Below are positions 19,352-28,370 of a stretch of DNA of 59,021 nt, in pieces. Positions within the stretch are counted from its first letter, which is position 1, and the number at the start of each line of letters is the position of its first letter. The notes beneath the pieces were generated by a model. The model saw only the letters and a program-made list of their open reading frames with translations. It was not told where the DNA came from and made no database searches. Source of the stretch: Defluviitaleaceae bacterium (GTDB lineage Bacteria > Bacillota > Clostridia > Lachnospirales > WQUN01); the NCBI GenBank assembly GCA_009786975.1, contig WRGX01000219.1:1-59021 (forward strand), given 5' to 3'. The translations under genes were made by a program, and so were the position numbers.

Positions 19352-19402
19352 CCTCCCCTCCCCAAATGTAAGTTTTTTGAAGGGGGTGGGGGGCTTTTTT
19401 TT
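19352..19402 (+). terminator. candidate intrinsic terminator
   Basis: CCTCCCCTCCCC pairs imperfectly with GGGGGTGGGGGG, then CTTTTTTTT. The loop is large, so confidence is moderate. Confidence 0.45.
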
Positions 19403-19419
19403 CAAAAAAAATTCCGGAA

Positions 19420-19458
19420 TTAGGGCGTGTTGCCATTACGCGAATGGCACGCCCTAAA
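19420..19458. repeat. H38 hairpin repeat, full-length copy
   Basis: TTAGGGCGTGTTGCCATTACGCGAATGGCACGCCCTAA. The first 22 nt recur at 53077. Confidence 0.5.
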
Positions 19459-19493
19459 TTTGAAATTAAAATTTTCCAAAAAGGCGGTGCATC

Positions 19494-20750
19494 ATGGCGA
19501 AAGAAACAAAAAAATCGTTTGCATCACTGCCGAAACCCATTGACCTGACAGCACCGGATGCGCCCGAGGGGGCGAAAAGAGGACGGCGAAATGTGCCTGA
19601 ATTTGATGCGGTGCCTGTTGGTATGCCGCGGGAAAATGCGGAAACGAGGCGGATTCCGCCGCCTCCGCCGCCGCCGCTCAGGCCGGGCGATTTTCCGAAA
19701 AAACGCAGACCGTCGAAATCCGCGCCTCCGCCGCGCCTGCGTCCGCGCCGCAAAAATCGACTGATTCAAAGGCTGATTGGTTTTCGTATTAATCCGTTGA
19801 TTTTAAGCGTTGTCGGGTGGAGCGTCGCGGGGATTGCGATAATTGCGTTTTCGGTTTGGTTTATACGGGGATTGCTTGTTGATAATGCGTACGCAGTGTT
19901 TTTGGACGGAGAGCATGTTGGCTATATTGCGATATTCGAAGGCTTGACTTCCGAGGATTTTCACAACGAGGCGGTGCTTAGTTTAGAGGCGATACACAGG
20001 AACGTGCGCGTGCGCGTGGACCAGCGCGTTACCATTGAACGCACGCGAACCGCCGCCCGAAACCGTGAGGCGCGCGGCGATATTATCGCGCGGATAAACC
20101 ACCATGGTTTTACATTTACGATTGCGGCGCACGCGATTTATGTGAACGGCGTGCAGGAGGCTCTTTTAAGCACGCAATCCGATTTGAATCACGTTGAATT
20201 TATGCTTCAGGAGCATTGGCGGAACGAGCACACGGTTTCGGCGGAGTTTGTCGGCAACTGGGAGGTTCGGACGATGTATGTCTGCCCCGATGAAACGGAG
20301 TTTGATACGCCCGATTCCGCATATTTTCGGCTCGACCGCTCGACGATGCAACTTGCCGATTACACCGTTGTAAGCGGCGATACTTTGGACCGAATTGCGG
20401 TGCATTTCGGCACAACAACCACTCGAATTATGGAAGATAATAACATGCAAACGGCAAATATTTGGCCCGGCGACACGCTTCTTATTTACACACAAATGCC
20501 GCTGCTTTCCGTGCGCACGTTTGACGAAATTCACGACGATGAAGCAATTGAAGCACCCATCGAAAATCGCTACAATGTCGACATGCCGCTCGGCACACGA
20601 ACCGTAATACAGGACGGAATGGCCGGCCTCGCGCGCGTTACCGAGCGCATTACCCGCATAAACGGCGTGGAACAATCCCGCGAAATACTGGAAGCGGAAG
20701 TGGTGGTCGAGCCGATTCCCGACATAGTTGAATATGGAGTCGGCGAGTGA
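19494..20750 (+). CDS. membrane-anchored LysM and G5 domain protein with proline-rich N-terminus
   Basis: PPPPPPLRPG tract and TM ILSVVGWSVAGIAIIAFSVWFI. LysM: YTVVSGDTLDRIAVHFGTTTTRIMEDNN..IWPGDTLLIY. G5-like C-terminus: TRTVIQDGMAGLARVTERITRINGVEQSREILEAEVVVEPIPDIVEYG. Confidence 0.8.
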   Translation: MAKETKKSFASLPKPIDLTAPDAPEGAKRGRRNVPEFDAVPVGMPRENAETRRIPPPPPPPLRPGDFPKKRRPSKSAPPPRLRPRRKNRLIQRLIGFRINPLILSVVGWSVAGIAIIAFSVWFIRGLLVDNAYAVFLDGEHVGYIAIFEGLTSEDFHNEAVLSLEAIHRNVRVRVDQRVTIERTRTAARNREARGDIIARINHHGFTFTIAAHAIYVNGVQEALLSTQSDLNHVEFMLQEHWRNEHTVSAEFVGNWEVRTMYVCPDETEFDTPDSAYFRLDRSTMQLADYTVVSGDTLDRIAVHFGTTTTRIMEDNNMQTANIWPGDTLLIYTQMPLLSVRTFDEIHDDEAIEAPIENRYNVDMPLGTRTVIQDGMAGLARVTERITRINGVEQSREILEAEVVVEPIPDIVEYGVGE

Positions 20751-20763
20751 CACTCGCCGACTC
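20737..20763. repeat. P31 palindrome copy overlapping the stop codon of the LysM/G5 gene
   Basis: GAGTCGGCGAGTG-A-CACTCGCCGACTC. The last codons GVGE and the TGA stop are encoded by the 5' arm and loop. The flanking T-tract is weak (AATTTTA). Confidence 0.7.
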
Positions 20764-20785
20764 AATTTTAAAAAGGAGGGCTAAC

Positions 20786-21496
20786 ATGCCTGCGAAAATT
20801 CTTATTGTAGATGACGAAAAGACGATTGTTGACATTTTGGCGTACAATTTGCGCCGTGAGGGCTATGAAATTATTGAGGCGCACGACGGCAAAAAAGGGC
20901 TGGAACTCGCGCTTTCGGAAAATCCCGACCTCGTTATTTTGGACATAATGATGCCGGAGCTGGATGGATACGAAGTGTGTACACGGCTTAGAAAGGTCAG
21001 CCAGGTGCCGATTATTATGCTTACCGCCAAGGCCGAGGAGTCGGACAAGGTGCTTAGCTTTGAAATCGGCGCGGATGATTATATTACCAAACCGTTCGGG
21101 GTCCGCGAAATGCTTGCGCGGGTTATGGCGAATTTGCGGCGCGGAAGTATGGCGCAACCCGTTTCAAGCGGAACAAACAAGCTGATTTTCGGCGAACTGA
21201 GCATTGATTTGGACATGTTTGAAGTGACTCGCGGCGAGGAACAAATTGATTTAACGCGGCGTGAGTTCGAGCTTGTGAAATTTTTGGCGACGCAGAATAA
21301 TCAAATTTTTACGCGCGAGGCCTTGCTTGAAAAAGTCTGGGGGTATGAATATTTCGGCGACGTGCGAACCGTTGACGTTACGATTCGTCGTTTGCGCACT
21401 AAACTTGAAACAACGCCCGATAATCCGACGTATATTTTGACAAAACGCGGCGTGGGATATCATTTTACACAGGAATTTGGAGATGGGCTTGCGTAG
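20786..21496 (+). CDS. walR: OmpR-family response regulator, WalR/YycF-like
   Basis: SD AAAGGAGGG lies 7 nt upstream of ATG 20786. ILIVDDEKTIVDILAYNLRREGYEI..DLVILDIMMPELDGYEVC..PIIMLTAKAEESDKVLSFEIGADDYITKPF, plus a winged-helix C-terminus. Confidence 0.85.
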   Translation: MPAKILIVDDEKTIVDILAYNLRREGYEIIEAHDGKKGLELALSENPDLVILDIMMPELDGYEVCTRLRKVSQVPIIMLTAKAEESDKVLSFEIGADDYITKPFGVREMLARVMANLRRGSMAQPVSSGTNKLIFGELSIDLDMFEVTRGEEQIDLTRREFELVKFLATQNNQIFTREALLEKVWGYEYFGDVRTVDVTIRRLRTKLETTPDNPTYILTKRGVGYHFTQEFGDGLA

Positions 21497-23240
21497 TATA
21501 AAAACAAAACTGATTGCGATTTATGCCGCCGTTGTTCTTGTTGTTATGACTGTTAGCGGCAGTTTTATGTTGCTTTCCGTTCGCACAACGGAGATAAATC
21601 AAACCCATGACGCGCTTCAAAGCATTGCCACCCTTATCGAGGGGCGCATTGTTCAAATGAACGAACGCGCCGATTTTGGCGGCGCGCCGGAGTGGGGGAT
21701 GCTTAGCGGCTACGACATCGAGGGCGTTATTTTAAGCGACGCGGGGCGGGTTATTGCGCCGCCGGAATTTATCGGAATGAATTTTAACGACAACACGCTT
21801 GCGGAGGCACTTACGGGTGTGGAGTCGTTTAACGTCGGCAGTATTGGTTTGGATTTGCACGGCGCGGAGCGGCAATGGTTTACTTTTGCGATGCCTGTTG
21901 AACGCGACGGCGAAACTTTTGTGGTTTACACGCGGGTTGATATGGACACGATGAATGTGCGCCTGTTTAGCCTGACGTTTACGCTTGTGACGACGGTTTT
22001 AATCGCGCTTGCCGTGACCGTCGTTTTTTGGTTCTTTCTTGGAAGCACGCTTGCGAATCCCATTGTCGCCCTGACGAAACATGCGAAAGCTCTCGCGTCG
22101 GGCGATTTTTCGCACGAAATTGAAACGACGGGGGACGACGAAATCGCCCAGCTCGCGCGGGATTTTAACCATATGTCAAAGGAACTTCGTGCGACGCTTG
22201 GGCGTGTTGCAAGCGAAAACAACAAGCGGGAAGCCGTGTTGCAAAACACATCGCACGGTGTTTTGGCGTATGACATCAGCGGGCAACTCCTTCACGCAAA
22301 CCACGCAAGCGGCGACCTTTTGCAGGGCATCGACATCGCGGCAATCGACGCGCAAACCATTTTTACCTATTTCGGATTCGACCCCGAAGACGTAATGCAA
22401 ATGAAGCAGGGGGAAGTTCGCGACTCTGTCCACGAGGACGGCGAGCTTTATCTTTTCGCCTGCGTTACCGTGTACACCGACGAGGCCGGTGCGGTTGACG
22501 GATTTGTAATCGTTTTGCAGGACATAACGCGCCAGCAAAAATTGGACAATATGCGCAAAGAGTTTGTCGCAAACGTTTCGCACGAGCTTCGCACGCCGCT
22601 TACAAGCGTAAAAACCTATACGGAAACGTTGCTCGCCGGCGCGATTGATGACCGCGAAACAGCTTTGCAATTTTTAAAAGTCATCGACGACGAGGCCGAG
22701 CGCATGTCGCTTCTGATATCCGACCTTTTGGAGCTTTCGCGCCTTGATTCTAAGCACGCGACGCTTGAAATGGACGTTGTTGACCTTGTTGCGTTGTTGC
22801 GTTTGGCGATTCGGCAGGCGCGAGTTCTGGCAGAGCAAAAGGAGCAGGAAATCGAGTTCGATCCGCCCGACACCGTTTGTTTCATCGAAGCAAACGCTGC
22901 CCGAATCAACCAAGTCGTTTCAAATATTATTTCAAATTCAATCAAATACAGCCCCGAAAAAACCACGGTAAAAATCCGCCTGGAATCGACCGAAAAATTT
23001 TACCGCGTTTTCATACAAGACCAAGGCATGGGCATCCCGCAAGATAGCCTGAATCACATTTTCGAACGCTTTTACCGCGTCGACAAGGCGCGTTCGCGCG
23101 CGCTGGGCGGAACGGGCCTGGGGCTTGCCATCGTGAAGGAAATCATGGAAGAGCACGGCGGCAAAGTTTACGCTTCGAGCCAGCCGGGGCAGGGGACTAC
23201 TATGGTTTTGCGGTTTAATCGGATGGGGGAGGGGATTTAG
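21483..23240 (+). CDS. walK: sensor histidine kinase, WalK-like (TM-HAMP-PAS-HisKA-HATPase)
   Basis: H-box FVANVSHELRTPLTSV, N-box VVSNIISNSIKYSP, G-boxes DQGMGIP and GGTGLGLAIV. It overlaps the walR 3' end. The start is ATG 21483 or TTG 21477. Confidence 0.85.
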   Translation: MGLRSIKTKLIAIYAAVVLVVMTVSGSFMLLSVRTTEINQTHDALQSIATLIEGRIVQMNERADFGGAPEWGMLSGYDIEGVILSDAGRVIAPPEFIGMNFNDNTLAEALTGVESFNVGSIGLDLHGAERQWFTFAMPVERDGETFVVYTRVDMDTMNVRLFSLTFTLVTTVLIALAVTVVFWFFLGSTLANPIVALTKHAKALASGDFSHEIETTGDDEIAQLARDFNHMSKELRATLGRVASENNKREAVLQNTSHGVLAYDISGQLLHANHASGDLLQGIDIAAIDAQTIFTYFGFDPEDVMQMKQGEVRDSVHEDGELYLFACVTVYTDEAGAVDGFVIVLQDITRQQKLDNMRKEFVANVSHELRTPLTSVKTYTETLLAGAIDDRETALQFLKVIDDEAERMSLLISDLLELSRLDSKHATLEMDVVDLVALLRLAIRQARVLAEQKEQEIEFDPPDTVCFIEANAARINQVVSNIISNSIKYSPEKTTVKIRLESTEKFYRVFIQDQGMGIPQDSLNHIFERFYRVDKARSRALGGTGLGLAIVKEIMEEHGGKVYASSQPGQGTTMVLRFNRMGEGI

Positions 23241-23588
23241 ATGGAAACGCAGAAAATCGGAATGGACACGCGAATGAAAGATGCTATAGACACGTATGTG
23301 GAAAAAATTTCGTCGGACGATGATGTTTTACGGATTTACCTTTTTGGCTCGTGCGCAGACGATAGAACACATGAAAAAAGCGATATCGATTTAATGGTGA
23401 TTGTCGGTGACGCGCTTCATACTATAAAAAAATCTGCGGCATTGCGAAAAAATTTACGAGGACATCGCACAGTGCCGATGGATATGTTGGTAAACCGTGT
23501 TTCCGATTTTGAAAATTCTCAAGCATTCCCTTCCATTCAAAAAGTGATAAAGGAGCAGGGGGTTTTGCTTTATGAACGAGAACACTAA
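23241..23588 (+). CDS. minimal nucleotidyltransferase (MNT-type, antitoxin-like)
   Basis: LRIYLFGSCADDRTHEKSDIDLMVIV matches the GSx10-12DxD NTase motif. The ATG directly abuts the walK stop. The local region is AT-richer than its surroundings. Confidence 0.75.
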   Translation: METQKIGMDTRMKDAIDTYVEKISSDDDVLRIYLFGSCADDRTHEKSDIDLMVIVGDALHTIKKSAALRKNLRGHRTVPMDMLVNRVSDFENSQAFPSIQKVIKEQGVLLYEREH

Positions 23589-23652
23589 AAAATGGGTACA
23601 GACTTCAATAAATGTGCTTGTTAGCTCAACCACATTCAAAGCCAGAACTTAA
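23572..23652 (+). pseudogene. possible truncated remnant of the cognate HEPN gene
   Basis: ATG 23572 overlaps the MNT 3' end, as in MNT-HEPN pairs, but the ORF stops after 26 aa (MNENTKKWVQTSINVLVSSTTFKART). No Rx4-6H motif is seen in any frame up to 23800. Confidence 0.25.
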
Positions 23653-23800
23653 AAAAATTTCATAGAATTTATCATACAATTTAAAATGGGTGAACAAAAA
23701 GAATTGAAATGCTTGATTAAATTATTGGAAGATACGGTTCACCCGTACTGAAACACCAAAAAACCACGAGCAAACAAAAACTAGGCTGGGGTGACTTGAT

Positions 23801-24274
23801 ATGCAAATTATTCTGCGCAAGGCAACCCTCGATGATTTGGACAAACTAATCCGCTTGCGAATTGATTATTCAACCGAAGACAAGGGTCAAATGCCGCCCA
23901 AAGAAGAACACGCAATAACCGCGCAATTAAAAAAATACTTCCCAAAACATCTCGCCGACAACACATTTATCGCGATTTTCGCGGAACTGGACGGAAAAAT
24001 CGTGGCCACGGCATACCTTGCCATAAACGAAAAGCCCGCGAATCAAGCCTTCCCCACAGGCATCACCGCAACGCTGCTAAACGTCCTGACATACCCCGAA
24101 TATCGAAAAAAAGGCATCGCGACAAAAATTTTGCACAGAATAATCGAGGAAGCCCGACACGCGAATGTGTCATACATCGACCTCTCCTCAACTCCCGACG
24201 GCAAAGCCCTGTACGAAAAATTCGGCTTTAAGGAATCTGAAAAATATACTCCTATGGGATTGCGATTAATTTAA
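23801..24274 (+). CDS. GNAT family N-acetyltransferase
   Basis: The acetyl-CoA binding region VLTYPEYRKKGIATKILHRIIEEAR, and the size (157 aa), are typical. Confidence 0.85.
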   Translation: MQIILRKATLDDLDKLIRLRIDYSTEDKGQMPPKEEHAITAQLKKYFPKHLADNTFIAIFAELDGKIVATAYLAINEKPANQAFPTGITATLLNVLTYPEYRKKGIATKILHRIIEEARHANVSYIDLSSTPDGKALYEKFGFKESEKYTPMGLRLI

Positions 24275-24300
24275 CCCCGCACAAAAGGAGGGCAAAAAGT

Positions 24301-25575
24301 GTGAAAAACCAATTCACGGCAACGGTTAAATCCATAATAATTCTCGCGCTTGCCGCGCTTGCGGTTTATCAGGTTAGCCGCCTGTGGCTTGTTGAGCTTA
24401 TGGACGGGAACTTTTTTTTCTATTTGCAGGCGCGGTTTCCGCAGGCTGTGCCGGACGGACAGAGCGCGTTTACGCGGCCGTATCGCATTGTTAGCGGGGA
24501 CGGCGAGATTTTTGAAATTCGATACAGCGGAATCGGCGGCTCGGAGGAGTGGATTTTTGGCGAAAATGCGATTCGGGCGGTTTTGCGGGACGGCAACTCT
24601 GTTTTTCGCCCCGATTTTGGCCAGCCCGATTATTCATACGTCTTGGCGCGTCCTGTTTTAATTTACGAATACGCATTTGATATGTGCGCGGAAACTTTTG
24701 CGCGCGCGCTTGGACTGCGAAACGCCGACGTTCTCACGAGCGGAAGCCTCGCAAGCGGGAGTTTTGAAACATTTCGTGCCATTGCAATCACCCCGCCCGA
24801 TGCGGAAAATGCTGATTTGCACATGTGGGTTATCGCGAGCGACGGGCGGATTGGGCAGTTTATGGCGCGCAACGCCTCCGCATTTCAATTCGCAATCCCG
24901 CCTGTAAATCCCGACGGACTGCATTTTATTGCCACGACCGACGGTTTTTTACCGCAAATCCCTCCCGGCGGCTTCGTATACAACCGAATAACCGCCGAAA
25001 ATCCCTTTCGCGACCCGCGCGGACTTATCACGCTGTCCTACAGCCGAAGCCAAGTCGAGCCGTTTTTCGACAATCCCGCCGCAATCGTCCCAAGCGCGCG
25101 CGACGCTTACACCTTCACAACACGAAACACAATGGTGCGATATCTCGAAAACGCGGTGCTTGAATACACGAGTTTTCGAACCGTCGGGCACGCCGCGCAA
25201 GGCAGTTTTATGGGCAATTTTTCTGCCGCTCTGGCCTTTATTTCCTCCGACCCGCACGTTACGAACGAAATTTTTCTGCGAAACCATGAACAACGCGGGC
25301 GCGGGCACATCTTTTTCTTCGACTATGTAATCGACAATTGGCCCCTTGTTTTGACGGAAGAATGGGCAACCGGCCAAATTTGCACCGACCCCCTCTTCTC
25401 GCCCATCGAAGTAACCGTGGAATACGGTCGCGTAACGCGCTATCGACGCCTTGCGTACATCTTCGATACAGCCGAACCCGCCCGAAAAAATCCCGACATA
25501 CCCGACGAATTTTTCTCCCTCGGTTTTCCAATAAGCGGCGACCCGGAAATTTCGCTTTCGGTTATACTTGAATAA
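24301..25575 (+). CDS. yycH: YycH-like two-component regulatory protein (N-terminal TM, extracytoplasmic domain)
   Basis: GTG start with SD AGGAGGG. The N-terminus VKSIIILALAALAVYQVSRLWLV resembles YycH. The call is supported mainly by its position downstream of walRK and upstream of a YycI-like gene. Confidence 0.5.
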   Translation: MKNQFTATVKSIIILALAALAVYQVSRLWLVELMDGNFFFYLQARFPQAVPDGQSAFTRPYRIVSGDGEIFEIRYSGIGGSEEWIFGENAIRAVLRDGNSVFRPDFGQPDYSYVLARPVLIYEYAFDMCAETFARALGLRNADVLTSGSLASGSFETFRAIAITPPDAENADLHMWVIASDGRIGQFMARNASAFQFAIPPVNPDGLHFIATTDGFLPQIPPGGFVYNRITAENPFRDPRGLITLSYSRSQVEPFFDNPAAIVPSARDAYTFTTRNTMVRYLENAVLEYTSFRTVGHAAQGSFMGNFSAALAFISSDPHVTNEIFLRNHEQRGRGHIFFFDYVIDNWPLVLTEEWATGQICTDPLFSPIEVTVEYGRVTRYRRLAYIFDTAEPARKNPDIPDEFFSLGFPISGDPEISLSVILE

Positions 25576-25632
25576 AATTTTCAATTATCAACTGTGCAAT
25601 ATTTTTTTTCCCCCAAAAAAAGGAGCAAAAAA

Positions 25633-26493
25633 ATGGAATGGGAACGCGCAAAAAACTACATTTTAACGGCATTCATCCTGCTGAATCTTGGTCTCGCATT
25701 CCTCCTCCACCTAGAAGACCGGCGATTTAGGCTTACAGACGAAAGATGGCGGACGATTAACGAAGTGCTTTCGAACAATAACATCCACCTGTACACCTCG
25801 ATTGCGCGGCGTTTTCCGCCGATGCCCCACCTGGATGTTTCCGGTTATTACTACGATGTGGACTTGCTTTTGCAGATTTTTTTCGGCGACGCCGATTTTT
25901 TTCAGGTTGAAACTGCCGAAGGACACTATGTTTTTGAGACGGAAGCCGAGGCCCGAGGGCGGTTGGAAATAATTAATGGATTCGTAACCTTTGACAATCG
26001 GCTGGGTTTGGGAGAAAATAGGGAGGCTGAAATTTCTCATACAGAAGCGATTGCGCTTTCCGATGAGTTTATTTTGCTTTGGTTCGACGATTTTGTGCGC
26101 GACCTTGTTTTTGACCATTTCGAAGGCGTGCGGATAACTTATCGCCAAAAATATCGCGGGCGATTGATTTATTCGAACTATATCGAGTTTTTTATTACCG
26201 CGCGCGGCATCGAGTGGATTGATATGCAATTTGGGCGCGTGATAAGCCACAGCGCGGACGCGAGAATGATTTTTATGCCCGATGAAATTCTGCTTACGTT
26301 TATGCAACACGTCCAGCACGACGCGGTGGAAAACTCAATGTTTATAAATCATATCGATATCGTTTATTATCAGGAATACGTTTCGGATGAACGCGGCTCC
26401 GTTTATCCCGCCGTACCTGTTTACCGTATTTTTGTCGCGGACAGGGATATGGAATTTTTAATCAACGCATACACTAATACAATTATAAATTAG
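25633..26493 (+). CDS. yycI: YycI-like two-component regulatory protein
   Basis: SD AAGGAGC upstream of ATG 25633. MEWERAKNYILTAFILLNLGLAFLL resembles the conserved YycI N-terminus (MDWxKTKxIFIxAFLxLN). Confidence 0.55.
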   Translation: MEWERAKNYILTAFILLNLGLAFLLHLEDRRFRLTDERWRTINEVLSNNNIHLYTSIARRFPPMPHLDVSGYYYDVDLLLQIFFGDADFFQVETAEGHYVFETEAEARGRLEIINGFVTFDNRLGLGENREAEISHTEAIALSDEFILLWFDDFVRDLVFDHFEGVRITYRQKYRGRLIYSNYIEFFITARGIEWIDMQFGRVISHSADARMIFMPDEILLTFMQHVQHDAVENSMFINHIDIVYYQEYVSDERGSVYPAVPVYRIFVADRDMEFLINAYTNTIIN

Positions 26494-26506
26494 GGGGCTT
26501 TTTATT

Positions 26507-27607
26507 ATGAAACACACAATTTTGGCGGTTGATGACATTCAATCTAATTTAGACATGCTCGAAGTAATTTTGTCGGACCAGTACAATATGTACAAAGCAC
26601 AAAGCGGCGCGGATGCACTTGAACTTTTGCCGAAAGTGAAGCCCGACCTCATTTTGTTGGATTTGTCCATGCCGGAAATGGACGGCTTTGAGCTTATTGC
26701 GCGTATTCGCGGCTATGAACATTGCGAGTCGATACCTGTTATTTTTGTAACCGCGGCCGACGACACGTATAGCGAGGAAAAAGGGCTGCTATTAAGCGCG
26801 GTGGACTACATAAGGAAGCCGTACGTGCCAAGCGTAATCCGCGCAAAGGTTCGGAATCATGTCGATTTAAAAATTTATCGAGACGACCTTGAAGCGGCTG
26901 TTGCCGCACGCACGCGAGAGCTTGAAGAACGCGCCCGCCAGCTTTACGAGGCGCACAGCGCGACGATAATGGGCATGTCGATACTTTCGGAAAGTCGCGA
27001 CAAAGTCACAGGAGCGCATTTGCTGCGCATAAAAAGTCTGACGAGAATTTTGGCGATGAATTTTGCCAAAAATCACCCCGATGTTTTGGATAAAGCAACG
27101 GCGGACGCCATTATCATGTACTCGCCACTGCACGATATCGGCAAAGTCGGCGTACCCGACGCCGTTTTAACAAAAAAAGGCAAGCTGACAGACGAGGAAT
27201 TCGACCAAATGAAAGCACACGCCAAAGACGGCGGAAATATTTTGCGCGACCTCGCCAAGTTAATGCCAAGCGAACGCGACCTTCTTACGATTGCGATTGA
27301 AATTGCCGAAAGTCACCACGAACGCTTTGACGGAACGGGCTATCCCGGTCGCCTCGCGGGCGAGGACGTACCTCTCTCCGCAAGAATCGTCACAATCGCC
27401 GACATATACGACGCGCTTCGTTCGCCGCGCCCCTACAAGCCCGGTTTCACGCACGATGAGGCAATGAAAATTATTTCCGACGGCGACGGACGCACCGAGC
27501 CGACGCATTTCGACCCGCGAGTTTTGCAGGTTTTCCGCGAAACCCACGCCGACCTTTGCGCCGCATACGACGAAAACCCCGACCCGCAAACATCTGACAA
27601 TCTTTGA
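26507..27607 (+). CDS. response regulator receiver fused to an HD-GYP domain (predicted c-di-GMP phosphodiesterase)
   Basis: REC: ILAVDD..DLILLDLSMPEMDGFEL..PVIFVTA..DYIRKPY. HD-GYP: PLHDIGKVGVPD, ESHHERFDGTGYPGRL. Confidence 0.9.
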   Translation: MKHTILAVDDIQSNLDMLEVILSDQYNMYKAQSGADALELLPKVKPDLILLDLSMPEMDGFELIARIRGYEHCESIPVIFVTAADDTYSEEKGLLLSAVDYIRKPYVPSVIRAKVRNHVDLKIYRDDLEAAVAARTRELEERARQLYEAHSATIMGMSILSESRDKVTGAHLLRIKSLTRILAMNFAKNHPDVLDKATADAIIMYSPLHDIGKVGVPDAVLTKKGKLTDEEFDQMKAHAKDGGNILRDLAKLMPSERDLLTIAIEIAESHHERFDGTGYPGRLAGEDVPLSARIVTIADIYDALRSPRPYKPGFTHDEAMKIISDGDGRTEPTHFDPRVLQVFRETHADLCAAYDENPDPQTSDNL

Positions 27608-27665
27608 CGCAATAACCCGCAAATGATATAGTGTTACAATTTGATTACAGAGGTGGGGAAGTCGC

Positions 27666-28244
27666 ATGAATTTTACGCATTACGACTTGGGAGGCCTTGA
27701 AAAAGGAAAAACTGTTGAGGTCGTGCTTAATGGGAATGCCGCGAATGTGTTTCTTATGGACCACGAAAATATGGCGAAATATGTAAAAGCGAAACCGTTT
27801 AAGGCCATTGGCGGTCGAATGACGTTTTCGCCCATTCGAATGCAAACGATTTACGAAGCGCATTGGCACCTCGTAATCGATTTGCCCGACGGATACGGCT
27901 CGGTAAAATCAAGCTACCGCTTTTTGAAAAGCGCGGCGGCGAACATCAGCCTGCGTCCCGATATTTTCCGCCCCACAGAGGCGCAAATAAACGCGGTTAA
28001 ATCTGCGGCGGAATTAGAAGCGAAAAAACCCAAATCAGCCCTTGATAAAGAAAAAAAAGAGCCAGAAAAAAGGCTCGAAAGAATTCCGCCGGCACAAGTC
28101 ACCTGCCCAAGTTGCGAGGCATTAACAATGCTCGGTAAATTTTGTATGGAGTGCGGTCTGCTTTTGCAAAAAGCCTGCCAGTCCTGCGAAAGCATAAACC
28201 CGATGCAAGGAAAATACTGCATAGAATGCGGCACCAAAATGTAG
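27666..28244 (+). CDS. DUF1883-like domain protein with C-terminal double zinc ribbon
   Basis: MNFTHYDLGGLEKGKTVEVVLNGNAANVFLMDHENMAKYVKAKPFKAIGG...HWHLVIDL matches my recollection of DUF1883. C-terminus: CPSCEALTMLGKFCMECG..CQSCESINPMQGKYCIECG. Confidence 0.6.
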   Translation: MNFTHYDLGGLEKGKTVEVVLNGNAANVFLMDHENMAKYVKAKPFKAIGGRMTFSPIRMQTIYEAHWHLVIDLPDGYGSVKSSYRFLKSAAANISLRPDIFRPTEAQINAVKSAAELEAKKPKSALDKEKKEPEKRLERIPPAQVTCPSCEALTMLGKFCMECGLLLQKACQSCESINPMQGKYCIECGTKM

Positions 28245-28245
28245 A

Positions 28246-28368
28246 GCCCGCCAAGCGGGCGTGGGAACCGGGGGCATGTGTTGTGTGCGGCGCGTCCGCC
28301 AAGCGGCGTGGGGACCGGGGGCATATGTTATGTGCGGCACGTTCTCTCGAAGCCGGAAACTGATTCGC
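28246..28368 (+). repeat. R90 variant, about 1.5 copies, filling the whole convergent intergenic space
   Basis: Head variant GCCCGCCAAGCGGGC at 28246-28260, starting 2 nt after the stop. A second partial head CCGCCAAGCGG follows, then GACCGGGGGCATATGT..CTCTCGAAGCCGGAAACTG. It ends 2 nt before the Hpt gene stop. Confidence 0.75.
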
Positions 28369-28370
28369 TT

